Shown here: positions 37,542-48,300 of the stretch, piece by piece | Layout of the letters: every line of letters begins with the position of its first letter | Numbering within the stretch: the stretch's first letter is position 1 | Virus record (IMG/VR): IMGVR_UViG_3300012920_000042 | Coordinates: 1 to 59,817 of that record | Direction: 5' to 3' (one strand) | Length of the DNA: 59,817 nt | Origin: a virus | Taxonomy: Duplodnaviria > Caudoviricetes | The notes under the pieces: generated by a model | The model's database searches: none | Told to the model about the DNA's origin: nothing | The model's input: only the letters and a program-made list of their open reading frames with translations | Program-made: the position numbers and the translations under genes

Positions 37542-38216
37542 TTAAACTTTATTATAGTAGTCGGCTAGTCTGCTGGCCCATTTATTGCAGTATTCTTCGA
37601 ACTCATCGCCTTCTATAACAAAGTCTGCATATTTGCCTTCTCTGTCTATCATTAGAATAGCAACTTGTTTAATATCTGTGCCAAACATTTCGTTATGTGC
37701 TAGTGCGTATGCACAGCCTTGTAGAAAATAATCTTCAATCCATTCGCGTTTTTTAATTTTCTTTGCTGTCTTGAAGTCAATTATACTAGGTACACCGTTA
37801 AACATGCCTACTGCATCGCTTGTACCTGCATATAGTCCTTTGGCAATAAGTGCCACTTCAACACCCCAAAGTTCGTCAATTTGACTGAGTCCTTGTGCAA
37901 CCATTTCATTTACCATGTTGCGAGCCATAATACTTATATGATTATTACCTTTAATTTGCCATTCTTCTTGTAATACAAATTTTTCTAAAGCATTATGTAC
38001 TTTAGTTCCAAGTCCTGCTGACTCTGTGCTTATACGAGTTGCTTCTGCTTCTCCTACACGTTTACGCCAGGCAATTAAGGCTGTTTTATCTCCTGTATCT
38101 GATAATACTGTTGTAACACTTGGGACGCCTGCTTCACCGTCTTCGCTGTATTGTCTCTGACCGTTTTTGGCTGTTACCCTCTTTAAAGCAGGGTATTCAT
38201 ACTTTTCTACTAACAT
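37542..38216 (-). CDS. PD-(D/E)XK exonuclease
   Basis: PSVTTVL, GTKVH, YAGTSD, IIDFKT, Q..AYA. Confidence 0.85.
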   Translation of the reverse strand: MLVEKYEYPALKRVTAKNGQRQYSEDGEAGVPSVTTVLSDTGDKTALIAWRKRVGEAEATRISTESAGLGTKVHNALEKFVLQEEWQIKGNNHISIMARNMVNEMVAQGLSQIDELWGVEVALIAKGLYAGTSDAVGMFNGVPSIIDFKTAKKIKKREWIEDYFLQGCAYALAHNEMFGTDIKQVAILMIDREGKYADFVIEGDEFEEYCNKWASRLADYYNKV

Positions 38217-38226
38217 AAATTAGATC

Positions 38227-38991
38227 TTATTGTAGTTTGTTATTAATTATATATTCCGCTATGCGTTTGTGACCGTCTTTATTTGGATGGCATTCATTTG
38301 GTGAGATGTAATCATATTGGTGTATTTGCTGTATAATATCTATATTACTAAGTTCAGATGTATCAACACCACCATCTGGAAAAACATTGTCTCCAAAAAT
38401 TTCTTTTAACATATTTGTGTTTGGATCACACATAAATTTACCATTAGGTACAAAATTAACTTCCGGTAACAAATTAATACCTGTCCATAAAGGAACAACT
38501 CTAAGTTTAATATAGTGAGACTTACAAAAACTCCATATAGCATTTAACATCAAGTTAGCATCAAAATCAGAAAACTCTGGTAGTCCTTTTGATTTTTGAA
38601 AGTCGTGTAAAGGACCAGTTTGGTAATTTTTTATGCCTTGGAAATGATGCCTTTTGTAATTATAGTCAATGCCAAATCCTCTAGTAGATGCTGTTGTTTG
38701 TAACCAAAAAGTATATTCATTTTCTGATTTCATTTTGTTATTATTGTACCAATTGCACATTTGAAAGTATGCAAACTCATAACTGCCACCAGACACAGCA
38801 TAGTTTTCATACTTGTTGCCTCTATGCTTTGTAATTAAGTAAGGATATGCTAAGAAAGGATTCTGTGAATTATCACGTAAATTAGGGATAGTTGTTTTTT
38901 TGTATTCTCGTATCTCTGACGTAGTCAGGTCTAATTGCAGTTCACTACCAATAGTCCAACTGTCACCAAACCATATGTCGACTCTATCCAT
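38227..38991 (-). CDS. SGNH hydrolase-like protein
   Basis: FGDSWTIG, NYAVSGGS, CHPNKDGH; leaderless late start. Confidence 0.75.
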   Translation of the reverse strand: MDRVDIWFGDSWTIGSELQLDLTTSEIREYKKTTIPNLRDNSQNPFLAYPYLITKHRGNKYENYAVSGGSYEFAYFQMCNWYNNNKMKSENEYTFWLQTTASTRGFGIDYNYKRHHFQGIKNYQTGPLHDFQKSKGLPEFSDFDANLMLNAIWSFCKSHYIKLRVVPLWTGINLLPEVNFVPNGKFMCDPNTNMLKEIFGDNVFPDGGVDTSELSNIDIIQQIHQYDYISPNECHPNKDGHKRIAEYIINNKLQ

Positions 38992-39015
38992 ACATATATT
39001 TATATGTACGTTATA

Positions 39016-39336
39016 TTACCAACTAATATTCCAGGTTATTGTATCTGTGGTTGTTAAGTTTTGTGCTATTTTGACACCATATCCTAAGTCTTTAAAATAC
39101 TTAGCAACATAGTCTACTTGATCTTTTTTGGTTGCATCTGTTGTTACACCAAAGTATGCTTTATAATAAGCATTGCTGTCTGTCATTGTAGTGCCTGTGG
39201 ATATGTTTGCATACAATACTCCAGCATCTACATTCCCTAAAACAGCGGTTTCAATACTGCGAACTTCAGCATGAATAACTGAATTATTCCTAGTATCTTT
39301 ACGAGCCGTTGCCGCATTAGAGAATATACTTGCCAT
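39016..39336 (-). CDS. Hypothetical protein
   Basis: ORF in the late operon, ends YF..LGY..ITWNISW. Confidence 0.7.
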   Translation of the reverse strand: MASIFSNAATARKDTRNNSVIHAEVRSIETAVLGNVDAGVLYANISTGTTMTDSNAYYKAYFGVTTDATKKDQVDYVAKYFKDLGYGVKIAQNLTTTDTITWNISW

Positions 39337-39683
39337 TATAAATCTGCCTTAATATCTTTCATGGCTTGATTACCAGCCATTTTACTAACATCAACTGTTT
39401 GTTCTGCGTCAGTATTAACATTTTGATCTAGGTCGCCTTTTGCTCTAATTCTGTTTTTATCAAAACTAACAGCAAACTCGCTATCATCGATTGCTTTGAG
39501 CAAAGTATCAATGTTTACTTTTCTGCCTATTTGTGCTTCTACTTCTGCTTTGAAATCATTTGTAGGAATATCTACATCGTCCTGATCGTCTGCGGCATAT
39601 ATACCCAGTAAATCTTTTACGGCATTAACTAACTCTTCCGCAGTTCCCTGATCTTCAGAAACTATGACTTCTGAAATCAACAT
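39336..39683 (-). CDS. Hypothetical head-associated protein
   Basis: MLISEVIVSE|D capsid-targeting-like start. Confidence 0.65.
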   Translation of the reverse strand: MLISEVIVSEDQGTAEELVNAVKDLLGIYAADDQDDVDIPTNDFKAEVEAQIGRKVNIDTLLKAIDDSEFAVSFDKNRIRAKGDLDQNVNTDAEQTVDVSKMAGNQAMKDIKADL

Positions 39684-39686
39684 TTT

Positions 39687-40994
39687 TTAGACCTCTGCTC
39701 TACCTAGTGGCTCTTCTTCTGGTCCTGACATTGCAGGTACATTATCAGCAACTGGCTCTTCCATTCCTAAATCGTCTAATGCAGGCTCTTCAGCACCCAT
39801 GTCTGCACCCATATCAGCAGTATCACCTATGCCTCCTGGCATTTGTCCACCTGCTAGTGCATCTATTTGTGCATCCATTCCTTGCTTAACACCTTTAACT
39901 GCTTCTAAGTGTGCTGATAGTAATTGGGAAACAGCATCTGAGAATGATTGAGCAACATCGGCACCCATTTCATTTCTCATTGAATCTGCTATTGCAGGCA
40001 AATCTTCATTTTGCATTCTGCCAACTCTTTCAACTTGATCTTGAATATCGTCTGCTAATGCTCTAACTGCCATAACAACTTCTGCTTCTTCAACATTTAC
40101 TTCTTCTGCAAGTATTTCGTTGATGAGGTCATCAAACATTGAATCTTTGCTTTCTTCAACTGACTCTTCTGTTTTAGACATTGCATCTCTTACCTCTTCT
40201 GGCTTCATGTCAAGTTCTTTAGCAATTTCTTCAACACTCTTGCCGTCGTCTTTTAGTTTGTACATATACTGAATGCTGTCATTTAATTTCTTTTCAGCAA
40301 TCTTTCTACCAAACATTTGAATACCGCCAGCAACTGCATCTTCATCTAAACCGTTTAAGAAACCAACAACTGCATCTCTGCTTTTGCCACTGACTTCTGC
40401 AAAACCATTTAGTTTTTCTTCGATAGCATTGTAGTCATCCATAGTGGAAAGATCCATTTCCATTTCTTTGGAAAGTTCTCTTAACAATGCTGGACTTAGA
40501 TCTGTAACTGGTCCTTCTTCAATTGATTCATGCTTAGAACCGCATGACTCTTCAAACTTTTTAATTGCCGCCATAACCATACCTTCTGTGCAAGAATCTT
40601 CATAGCAATGAGATGGGTCTTTTCTGACTTCATTCATGCATTGACTTCTTGCCTCTTCGGCAGTATAGCCTGAATTACAAAGTTCCATAATTCTTTCGTA
40701 TATCTTAGCCTCTAGTGCCTTGTACCCTGGGCTTGACTCGTAATATCCTTCAACAATCATAGTTTCTGAAAGATCCTTTAAACCAAGATACTTAGCATAT
40801 TCTGGCTCTAATTGGAACTTCTTCTTACTTCCTCTAATTTTATACAAAGCAGTCTTGGCTGTCTCGTTAATTTTCATTAACTTTTGGAGGTTGACTGTTC
40901 CTGGATTAATTTTAATACCGAATTGTTCAAAGAGCATTTTATTCAAAGTTGCTACTCTGGTAATCGGTGTCTGATTAAATTCATTCAAAAACAT
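39687..40994 (-). CDS. Putative prohead core/scaffold-like helical protein
   Basis: Acidic, helical, many x-x-E boundaries; late box at ~41028. Confidence 0.55.
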   Translation of the reverse strand: MFLNEFNQTPITRVATLNKMLFEQFGIKINPGTVNLQKLMKINETAKTALYKIRGSKKKFQLEPEYAKYLGLKDLSETMIVEGYYESSPGYKALEAKIYERIMELCNSGYTAEEARSQCMNEVRKDPSHCYEDSCTEGMVMAAIKKFEESCGSKHESIEEGPVTDLSPALLRELSKEMEMDLSTMDDYNAIEEKLNGFAEVSGKSRDAVVGFLNGLDEDAVAGGIQMFGRKIAEKKLNDSIQYMYKLKDDGKSVEEIAKELDMKPEEVRDAMSKTEESVEESKDSMFDDLINEILAEEVNVEEAEVVMAVRALADDIQDQVERVGRMQNEDLPAIADSMRNEMGADVAQSFSDAVSQLLSAHLEAVKGVKQGMDAQIDALAGGQMPGGIGDTADMGADMGAEEPALDDLGMEEPVADNVPAMSGPEEEPLGRAEV

Positions 40995-41060
40995 AGTGAT
41001 TTCCTGTTATAAGTTAGTTATTACACTTATTTATCATTTAAGTGAAATTTATGAAAAGTT

Positions 41061-41522
41061 TTATAACTGGTGTTTTAGTTCTTTAGAGACGTACTTCAAT
41101 TTAAGTATAGTTTCATGGAGTCTTACAAATGCAACATCACGCATGAATTGTTTCTTAGTTGTTTTAATTGTGTACTTGTGGAAAATAGATTCTGTGTACA
41201 AATCAGCATATCTGTCTAATAGTTTCTGTACACGTTCTAACTGTGTTTCGCTTACAGGTTCATAGGCGTTCTTGGGCTTATTTCGGGCGTTTAGACTTGC
41301 ACAGAGCGTCTGTGCTACACTTTTTTGAAATATATGTGTCAATACAACCCTTTGGTTCTTTAATGCGTTTACAATGCAATAAAAGTCCTTATTTGGGGAC
41401 TGCATAACCACATAGGCACCACGTTTAGACACATTTTGAGCAAGTTTATCTAGTTTTACTGCTAGTTGTTGCTTTTGTGCTTTATTAAACTTTGGTTTTT
41501 TGCGGGTATGTCTTGTAGCCAA
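41061..41522 (-). CDS. Hypothetical basic protein
   Basis: ORF track; operon context. Confidence 0.6.
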   Translation of the reverse strand: MATRHTRKKPKFNKAQKQQLAVKLDKLAQNVSKRGAYVVMQSPNKDFYCIVNALKNQRVVLTHIFQKSVAQTLCASLNARNKPKNAYEPVSETQLERVQKLLDRYADLYTESIFHKYTIKTTKKQFMRDVAFVRLHETILKLKYVSKELKHQL

Positions 41523-41709
41523 CTTTTCCTTCCTTTGTAGTTATTTTACGAATGACGTTTTGCTTATACATCTCCTCGCATTGATGTAAAGTTCTTTCGT
41601 CAAGTGTATTTATATCTAAAAATTTGTCAAAGTCGATTTTGTTGAAGAGTGTTGCGTCATGCGAACTGATAAAACTTAAATGTCCATCTTTGCATTTAAC
41701 GGCTTTCAT
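41485..41709 (-). CDS. Hypothetical protein
   Basis: ORF track; operon context. Confidence 0.65.
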   Translation of the reverse strand: MKAVKCKDGHLSFISSHDATLFNKIDFDKFLDINTLDERTLHQCEEMYKQNVIRKITTKEGKVGYKTYPQKTKV

Positions 41710-41711
41710 GA

Positions 41712-42050
41712 TTAACCTTCAGGTTGATATGACCAGTTCCAAGCACCTGCACCTATGTAACCATCTCGAACATAACCTGCAAGACACATAGCATCATCGC
41801 TGTCAATACCTTTCTTTTCGGCCCATTTCATAATATAGTAAGGCCTATTTTTTTCAGGGATAACGTCGGCAAATTTTGCAACAATTTCTGGATCTGCTTT
41901 AGGGTCCATATCTTCCTTTACCTTTTTCTTCTTACCTTTGCTAACAAAAACACTAGGGTTAGGCCTTTTATGCATAGGGCCACCGCTAACTCCCCCAATG
42001 GCTATTGCACCACTAGTTGTTGTTTCCTTTATGATATCATTAATTAGCAT
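41712..42050 (-). CDS. Small head-associated protein
   Basis: Likely start ATG 42050: MLINDIIKE|TTTSGAIA. Confidence 0.65.
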   Translation of the reverse strand: MLINDIIKETTTSGAIAIGGVSGGPMHKRPNPSVFVSKGKKKKVKEDMDPKADPEIVAKFADVIPEKNRPYYIMKWAEKKGIDSDDAMCLAGYVRDGYIGAGAWNWSYQPEG

Positions 42051-42076
42051 TTTTGTCAACCTTTATTTTATAGTAT

Positions 42077-45000
42077 TTATCTTGTTTCCTTGGCTTTGTC
42101 TATAAAGTAATTTGGATTTCTTTGCTTCATTGCCCAAATCATTCTTTTTGCTTTGTCTTCTCCGTGCTTACTAATAAACTTTTGTAATGTACGCCTTTCT
42201 AATTCTTCCGGAGAAATTTGCTTACGCATTTGTGCGTATGCTAAATCTCCTAAACTTTCAATTTGTTTTTTGATGTCGTGTTTTAATTCTTCTTTTTTGG
42301 ATTTTTTCTTGCCTGCTTTCATGTTAGCACACCAGTGATACATCTTGCCACGTTCACCACTATACTTTTTAGCCTTGGCTCTTAAACTGGTAACTGAACC
42401 TTTACAACTTGCACCACTACGTTTTACTCTGCCTGGACGACTTTTGCCTTTCTTTTTGCCGTCAGCAAAGTTTTCGTCTATAATTTCTGCTGGTATTACA
42501 TCTCTGCCAACACGTTTTGCTTGATACACTCTGTGAAAGCCATCAAGTATTGTTTTGCCATCTATATCTATCAGTATTGGTTTATCTAAATCAACACCCA
42601 CATCTGGATCAACATCTATAACTCTTCCGAAACGGTCATCAATTGCCTCGTCATCTAAGTCTGCTACTTTAACTTTGATTAGTTTAGTCTTTTTACCTTT
42701 TATATAATCTTTAACATCAGGATTTAGATTTCTTTCATTTACATTTTTGTAAACACTATACAACACAGGATTATTTTCACAGCCAAGTTCGTCATACGCA
42801 ACACCTCTAACTAATGCTTGTTGTCCTTGTCTGCTATCAAAATCTCTATAAGCATTTGCATACTGATTGTCTATAGACTCATCATCATGCCCATCATTGC
42901 ATTCATCTGTAAATCCTTCGTAGTGTACAATATATTCGCCAACTTTGTCCTTACCAACATCATCTGGTCTTAAACTTTTAACAAACTGTTGTACTTCTGG
43001 CGGAAGTTGTTGATTTTCGTTTATTTCATTTGGATCATCAGGATAATGTCCTGTTGCACTATGATAGTATAATAGTTCTGCGGCATCTGGATAGCCTTCT
43101 GTGTCTATGTAGTTAGGATCTGTAAGTCCTTGTAAAAATACTTCACCATCTTCAAAGTGTTGATTGCCGTAACTGGTCATTATGCGATATTGTTTACCGT
43201 CTGTGCCTTTTATAATTACACCATCTTCTTGATCTACCTGTGCTTGGTTTACCCATTCATCATTGGCTCTGTTTGCTTCTTCTGGTGAGAAGTATGGTTT
43301 TACAGCCTGTGGATTCATGCCCACAACATCTTCCTCTAACTCTGGATGATATTTCATTGTAACTTTTTTAGCATCTTTTTTAATTGATACTCCGTCTACT
43401 AATACTTCTACTGGATAAGTTTTAAACTCATCATACCAATATGCCATATCGTATCCGCCGTCTTCAAGTAATTCTATAAGTACACCTCTGTCGTAATCAT
43501 TATCTTCTGCTTTAAGAACTTTAATTTTACCTCTTGGTAATACTAAGTCTACACCTTCATTGTTTGATTTCTTTTTACTTTTTGGATGATCCTCAGGATT
43601 TTCATGCTCTTTTGTTTTTTTCTTTTTTGGTAATCCTTTGTGCTTTGTTCCTGCAAAGTCTTTGACATCTGAAACTTTCATATCTTTGGCTACTTCACCT
43701 GCTTCTCCGCTTTTAGGCATGTCACCTTTTTGCATAGCTCTTACTACACCAAAGAATTTTTGTTGTTGTTTGCTGACTGCTTTCTCATTATAGATACTTG
43801 CTTTCATTCTTTTCTTGAGGTCTTTTTTACGTTGTGCCAAGTCTGAATCAATGCCTTTCATCAATGCTCGAATATCTTGTGCGGCTTCTATACTTTCGTT
43901 AAGTGTTGCTAGTCTAATAACACCACAACCTAATCTATCTCCAGCATTACCTGTTTTAAGACTTTCTGCATCTCCGCCTTTGCCTAAATCATCTCTGTCA
44001 GCATGTACAATTAATGCTCTACCTACAACACTTCTATCACCGTGTAAGTCTACACGTTTTAGTACTAAACTAACATCTGCAATACCATCTTCATTAGCAA
44101 CTATATTACCTAAGTCCCCCACATGGCCGTTATCTAAATCGCCATGATCCACATTATCTGGATTGTAATGTCCTCCTGCAGTTGTACAGCCATCACTTAA
44201 ATCACCAAATTCGTGTATGTGGAAGCCATGCTCTCCTGGAGTTAAACCTGTTACTCTGCCTACTAATAATGTTGGCTTTCCTGGGTCCTGTCTAAATAAA
44301 AACTGTCCTTCTCCTATTTCGCCTTCAGTGTGTTCAAACTCACACTTAGCAAACACAGTTTTTGTTTGTGCTTCATAAACACCTTTACCAAATTTTACGT
44401 TCGATGACTTTTTCTTTTTCTTCTTTTTCTTTTTCTTAGATTTGCTGTATGCTGGCATAGAACCAATATAATAAAATCCTCTTGCTGGTGCTGGTGTACT
44501 GTCACCACTGTCTGTGCTACCACCTGCATCACTGCTACCTGCAGAGCCACCATCTCCACCAGATGATCCTCCACCGTCTCCACCACCTGCACTTGCACCT
44601 GCTCCAGCACCGCCTCCAGCGGCACCTCCGCCTCCAGCACCACCACCGGCTCCACCTCCGCCGCCTCCGCCGCCTCCGCCGCCTCCGCCGCCACCTTCAG
44701 CATCTAATCTGATGCGTTTTTCTAAGGCAACTTTAAGTTTGCGTTGGAACTCTGCGATTTCGACATCTTCGTCGACAACTGGAGTGTTACTGGTTGTATT
44801 AGGAAACATTTTAATAAGATCTTCTATAGACGCATCAATTATAATTGCTGGAACTACATTTATATCTAGCATTCTAGCGGCATCATATCGATGATGTCCG
44901 TTTACTAAATATCCGTCTTTGTCTAATATGAATGGTTTGTCTTTTCCGTGAAAATCTTGTGCAACTTTTCTTGCAAGTCCTGGTACACGTTGAGTCTGTA

Positions 45001-45163
45001 CAGGTTTGATAGAATCTGTTCGTACTGTGGCTTTGCGAAATTTTAATTTGGATTTTTGAAGGTCAGGTAATTTAAGTTGAGGCATTACATTGCGATCAAA
45101 ATGCTTATCGCCTACATTACTTGGCAATGTACTTGCTATTGCTTCAAATATTGATATTCTCAT
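42077..45163 (-). CDS. Polyprotein-like: ParB/Srx + Gly-rich linker + Cu/Zn SOD + DUF3008-like + acidic modules + ParB/Srx + basic Cys module
   Basis: [10 protein letters not shown]; [29 protein letters not shown]; [22 protein letters not shown]; ILDGFHR. Confidence 0.85.
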   Translation of the reverse strand: MRISIFEAIASTLPSNVGDKHFDRNVMPQLKLPDLQKSKLKFRKATVRTDSIKPVQTQRVPGLARKVAQDFHGKDKPFILDKDGYLVNGHHRYDAARMLDINVVPAIIIDASIEDLIKMFPNTTSNTPVVDEDVEIAEFQRKLKVALEKRIRLDAEGGGGGGGGGGGGGGGAGGGAGGGGAAGGGAGAGASAGGGDGGGSSGGDGGSAGSSDAGGSTDSGDSTPAPARGFYYIGSMPAYSKSKKKKKKKKKKSSNVKFGKGVYEAQTKTVFAKCEFEHTEGEIGEGQFLFRQDPGKPTLLVGRVTGLTPGEHGFHIHEFGDLSDGCTTAGGHYNPDNVDHGDLDNGHVGDLGNIVANEDGIADVSLVLKRVDLHGDRSVVGRALIVHADRDDLGKGGDAESLKTGNAGDRLGCGVIRLATLNESIEAAQDIRALMKGIDSDLAQRKKDLKKRMKASIYNEKAVSKQQQKFFGVVRAMQKGDMPKSGEAGEVAKDMKVSDVKDFAGTKHKGLPKKKKTKEHENPEDHPKSKKKSNNEGVDLVLPRGKIKVLKAEDNDYDRGVLIELLEDGGYDMAYWYDEFKTYPVEVLVDGVSIKKDAKKVTMKYHPELEEDVVGMNPQAVKPYFSPEEANRANDEWVNQAQVDQEDGVIIKGTDGKQYRIMTSYGNQHFEDGEVFLQGLTDPNYIDTEGYPDAAELLYYHSATGHYPDDPNEINENQQLPPEVQQFVKSLRPDDVGKDKVGEYIVHYEGFTDECNDGHDDESIDNQYANAYRDFDSRQGQQALVRGVAYDELGCENNPVLYSVYKNVNERNLNPDVKDYIKGKKTKLIKVKVADLDDEAIDDRFGRVIDVDPDVGVDLDKPILIDIDGKTILDGFHRVYQAKRVGRDVIPAEIIDENFADGKKKGKSRPGRVKRSGASCKGSVTSLRAKAKKYSGERGKMYHWCANMKAGKKKSKKEELKHDIKKQIESLGDLAYAQMRKQISPEELERRTLQKFISKHGEDKAKRMIWAMKQRNPNYFIDKAKETR
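43910..44371 (-). other. sodC: Cu/Zn superoxide dismutase domain embedded in the polyprotein
   Basis: Metal-ligand His/Asp residues, the disulfide Cys pair and the active-site Arg all recognisable. Confidence 0.92.
44480..44700. repeat. GC-rich low-complexity (CCGCCGCCT)n repeat encoding a poly-Gly/Ala/Ser linker
   Basis: Direct reading of 44560-44700; encodes GGGGGGGGGGGGGGGAGGG... Confidence 0.9.
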
Positions 45164-45303
45164 CTAAATCTTCTTCCTATGTTCATTAACTTTTTAGTTG
45201 CACATTTAGGACAAAGTGTTTTACCATATATAAATGCAAAGTGTAATACTGGTCCAGTATATTTACACTTGTGACACTTTATGTGGTCTTTGCCATTCTC
45301 CAT
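45160..45303 (-). CDS. Small zinc-ribbon protein, 47 aa (not in ORF track)
   Basis: [15 protein letters not shown]...LCPKCATKK; stop overlaps the next ATG (ATGA). Confidence 0.6.
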   Translation of the reverse strand: MENGKDHIKCHKCKYTGPVLHFAFIYGKTLCPKCATKKLMNIGRRFR

Positions 45304-45394
45304 TCCTGTATACCGCAACCTCACCTTTATTACAAAGTGTGAACTCTCCTTCTGTTGGTTTTTGTGGTTCTCTGACCCTTATTTCCTCGCTCAT
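45263..45394 (-). CDS. Small hypothetical protein, 43 aa (not in ORF track)
   Basis: [27 protein letters not shown]; ATG overlaps the upstream TGA. Confidence 0.5.
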   Translation of the reverse strand: MSEEIRVREPQKPTEGEFTLCNKGEVAVYRNGEWQRPHKVSQV

Positions 45395-48300
45395 TTACTC
45401 AATTGTTTTTTAAGAGAGTCATGCAATTTTAATTTAGCATAACTTCTCACTATACTTCTTAAATCGTGTTCGTCACCATAACTTGCTCTAGCGGCTCTAA
45501 AATCTCTTATCATGCTAGGATCTGGTATAGCCACATAAGCATCCATTTGTCCTTTAATATCATTTGTAAGTAAAGGTTTGGCAAATATTTCTCTTAACTT
45601 TCTTATAGTATCGTTGTTAGGTACAGCACCTTCTCTGATGCTTTCTACTTTTTTACGCATACCTGAACCTCTTACTTTAGTTAAATCAACTAATCCTTTT
45701 TCTTTTTCAATGTAGTTTCTTATGTATCCACTACCTGCTTGATACATTCTTATTGATAAAAAGTCCTTGTTTGTGACTTTATTAAAAATTGTAATCTTAG
45801 GATGTTTAGCAGTTTCAATCATTTTTGCTTCTAAGTCAACTTTATCTTTGTCAAACATTCTATTTAACTTTTTAAAATCCAGCACATAGTATCCACCTGC
45901 TTTGAGATCTGTAAACTGTACTAGTTTTACTCTATCATCATTTAGTGTTGCAAAGAACTTGATAGCATTCAATAAAGTCAATAAAAATTCTTCTTCTTTT
46001 TCTTCACTTGTTAAATGAGAATTGAGTTGTCTTACTGCTTCTGTGTAAGCAATCTTATATCCTTGTTCTACGGTTTCTGCATTTAAAAAGTCTTGTTCTA
46101 TGTTTGAAATATCAACATCAAACCTTTGCCACATTTCTGCAAGTATGCCGTAACGTACACTTAATGGTTCTGTTTGCTTGCCTCCGCCTACTTGTCCCAT
46201 TTGTTTTGTGCTACCTACTTTAACACTCATGTCAAAATGTTGTAGTGTTTTTTCTGGACCACCATCTAAACTGTGTGTTAAGAATACATCTACTTTAGTA
46301 TCTGTTTCTCCACTAACACCATCAGCAATAACTTTTACAGTATCTACTTTACCATTTGCTTGGAAATAGTTTGTGTACTTTTCTAAATTATCATTTACAT
46401 AATCAACTACACCGCTTGTAATACTTTGCATTACACTCCATTTTTGAGGATCAATAAAGTCTTGATAAGTATCTGACTTTAAATTAAGTGTAAGTGTAAA
46501 GAAGTCAGCAATAGGATTATCTACTTCTTGAGCAGTAAGTGTTAGTTCATGCCAACCACCTTGATCCGGTGCATCTGTTGGTAACTGTTTAATAACATTC
46601 TCTATGTCTGCCGCTGTAACAGGCGCACTTGGACGTACTAATAAACGTGCAAATGTACCACAACCTAATATGCCTTCTGCTACTTCTCCTTTGTTGGAAA
46701 CTTTCACTGGTGCATCATCACCTGCAGGGCCTCCTGTCCTAGCACCAAACTCTGCTGTTTTTTCTAAAGTGCCATATGAAACTTGTTCGCCATCTGCTGT
46801 TGTAAGTTTTGCAGGAAGTTGTCCAGCATTCTCGGCATTGTCAAAAGCATCTGCCATACTTGGGTCTAACTTTATAGAGCCTTCGCCACCTGCAAGTGTA
46901 AAGTCTCCATCTGCTCTTAATTTATCTGCAAAATTTTGTCGCCTGTCAGGTGTTTTTAAATCTGCTCTACCTAATGCTTTCTCATGTAGTTGATTTATTT
47001 TAGTAACATCTATATTTTCTAATTTTGCTATTTGTTCTTGCAATGGCAGTTTGTCAAATCTATCAAACACACTTTCATTTTGACTTTGCAGTACCATTCT
47101 ACCTCTTGCTAATGCACCCTGGAAATCATTTGGTTCTTCGCCTGAGTTTTTATCAAAAATTAATTTTTGTATAACAGCATGTTTAAACTCTTCATCATTG
47201 TCTGGATTTTTTAAGAATGCTACAAATCTATTTACATCAGGTCTAAGCAAATAATTTTGCATACCTGTAATCATCATGTAATCAAATTTTTGGTATTTTC
47301 TTCGCATAGCATCATAATCGTCTTCTGATACATCATCGCCAGGCCTTTCTCCTCTTAAATCACTTACTGAAGGACCTGATGCGTTTCCATAAACATCGCT
47401 TACATCATCACCTGGATTGCCGTCAGCATCTTTTCTAAAGTAGTTTCCGCCTCCGCTAGTGTAGTTTGCATTGATATATTTTCTGGCATCTCTTACAGCC
47501 TGTAACCATCTTTGTAATCCTATTACAGGAACTTCATCTGGTCCTGATCTATACTTTGTTGAATCACTTTGGAATTGATCAACTACTTTTTTAAGTAAGT
47601 TTACACCTTGATTATTTACACCCGGTTCTATACCTATTGCAGGTGCTAATAGATCATATTTTGCTTGAGTATGTATTGTTTCAGATGATTCGCCATCTAG
47701 ATGATCAACTCTAGCGGCTTTGGCTATTGCATTACTTGTAGCATCATCTACAGGATCAAACTCATCACCATCTTTGTTTTGTGTTTCTTCATGAGGTATT
47801 AGAGGTGCATCATCTATACTGGAACCTTTTCTGGTAACTTCAATACCAGCCTTTTTCATCTGATTATATAAATTACTTGAATAAGAATCTGTCATTATAT
47901 ATTCATCAGTATCCATTCTATTCCAGGATATCTTATACATCAACATAAACTTTTTAATAATCTTGTTAGCAATAGGTTCACGCCATAACTGAGAAGTTTT
48001 TAATGGTGCATCATCTGGTAAATCATTTAGCATTGCTAAAGTGTCATAAGCCTGTCTGACTTGATCTACATGAGGACCAGGAATAATATATACACCTGCT
48101 TGATTTATTTTTCCTAAAAACTTGCTTCTATCTTGAACCTGAGCACTTTGTCTCTGAGCCTGAGTTATATCTGGATCTATACACCTATCATAAATGTCTT
48201 TCCTAATAACTAACACAGAATGTTCTGGAACGTTAATTGATATAGGAGGTCTGTTTTGTACTGCTTTTTTAAAGTTTGTTTCTCTTTTATCCACACGTTG

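Noticed and set aside
37542-38216. Cas4/CRISPR system
   Set aside because: Stand-alone phage exonuclease with no Fe-S cysteines; no repeat-spacer array seen in the window
44395-44894. Pro-rich and His/Leu-rich ORFs
   Set aside because: Alternative-frame or antisense readings of the poly-Gly repeat
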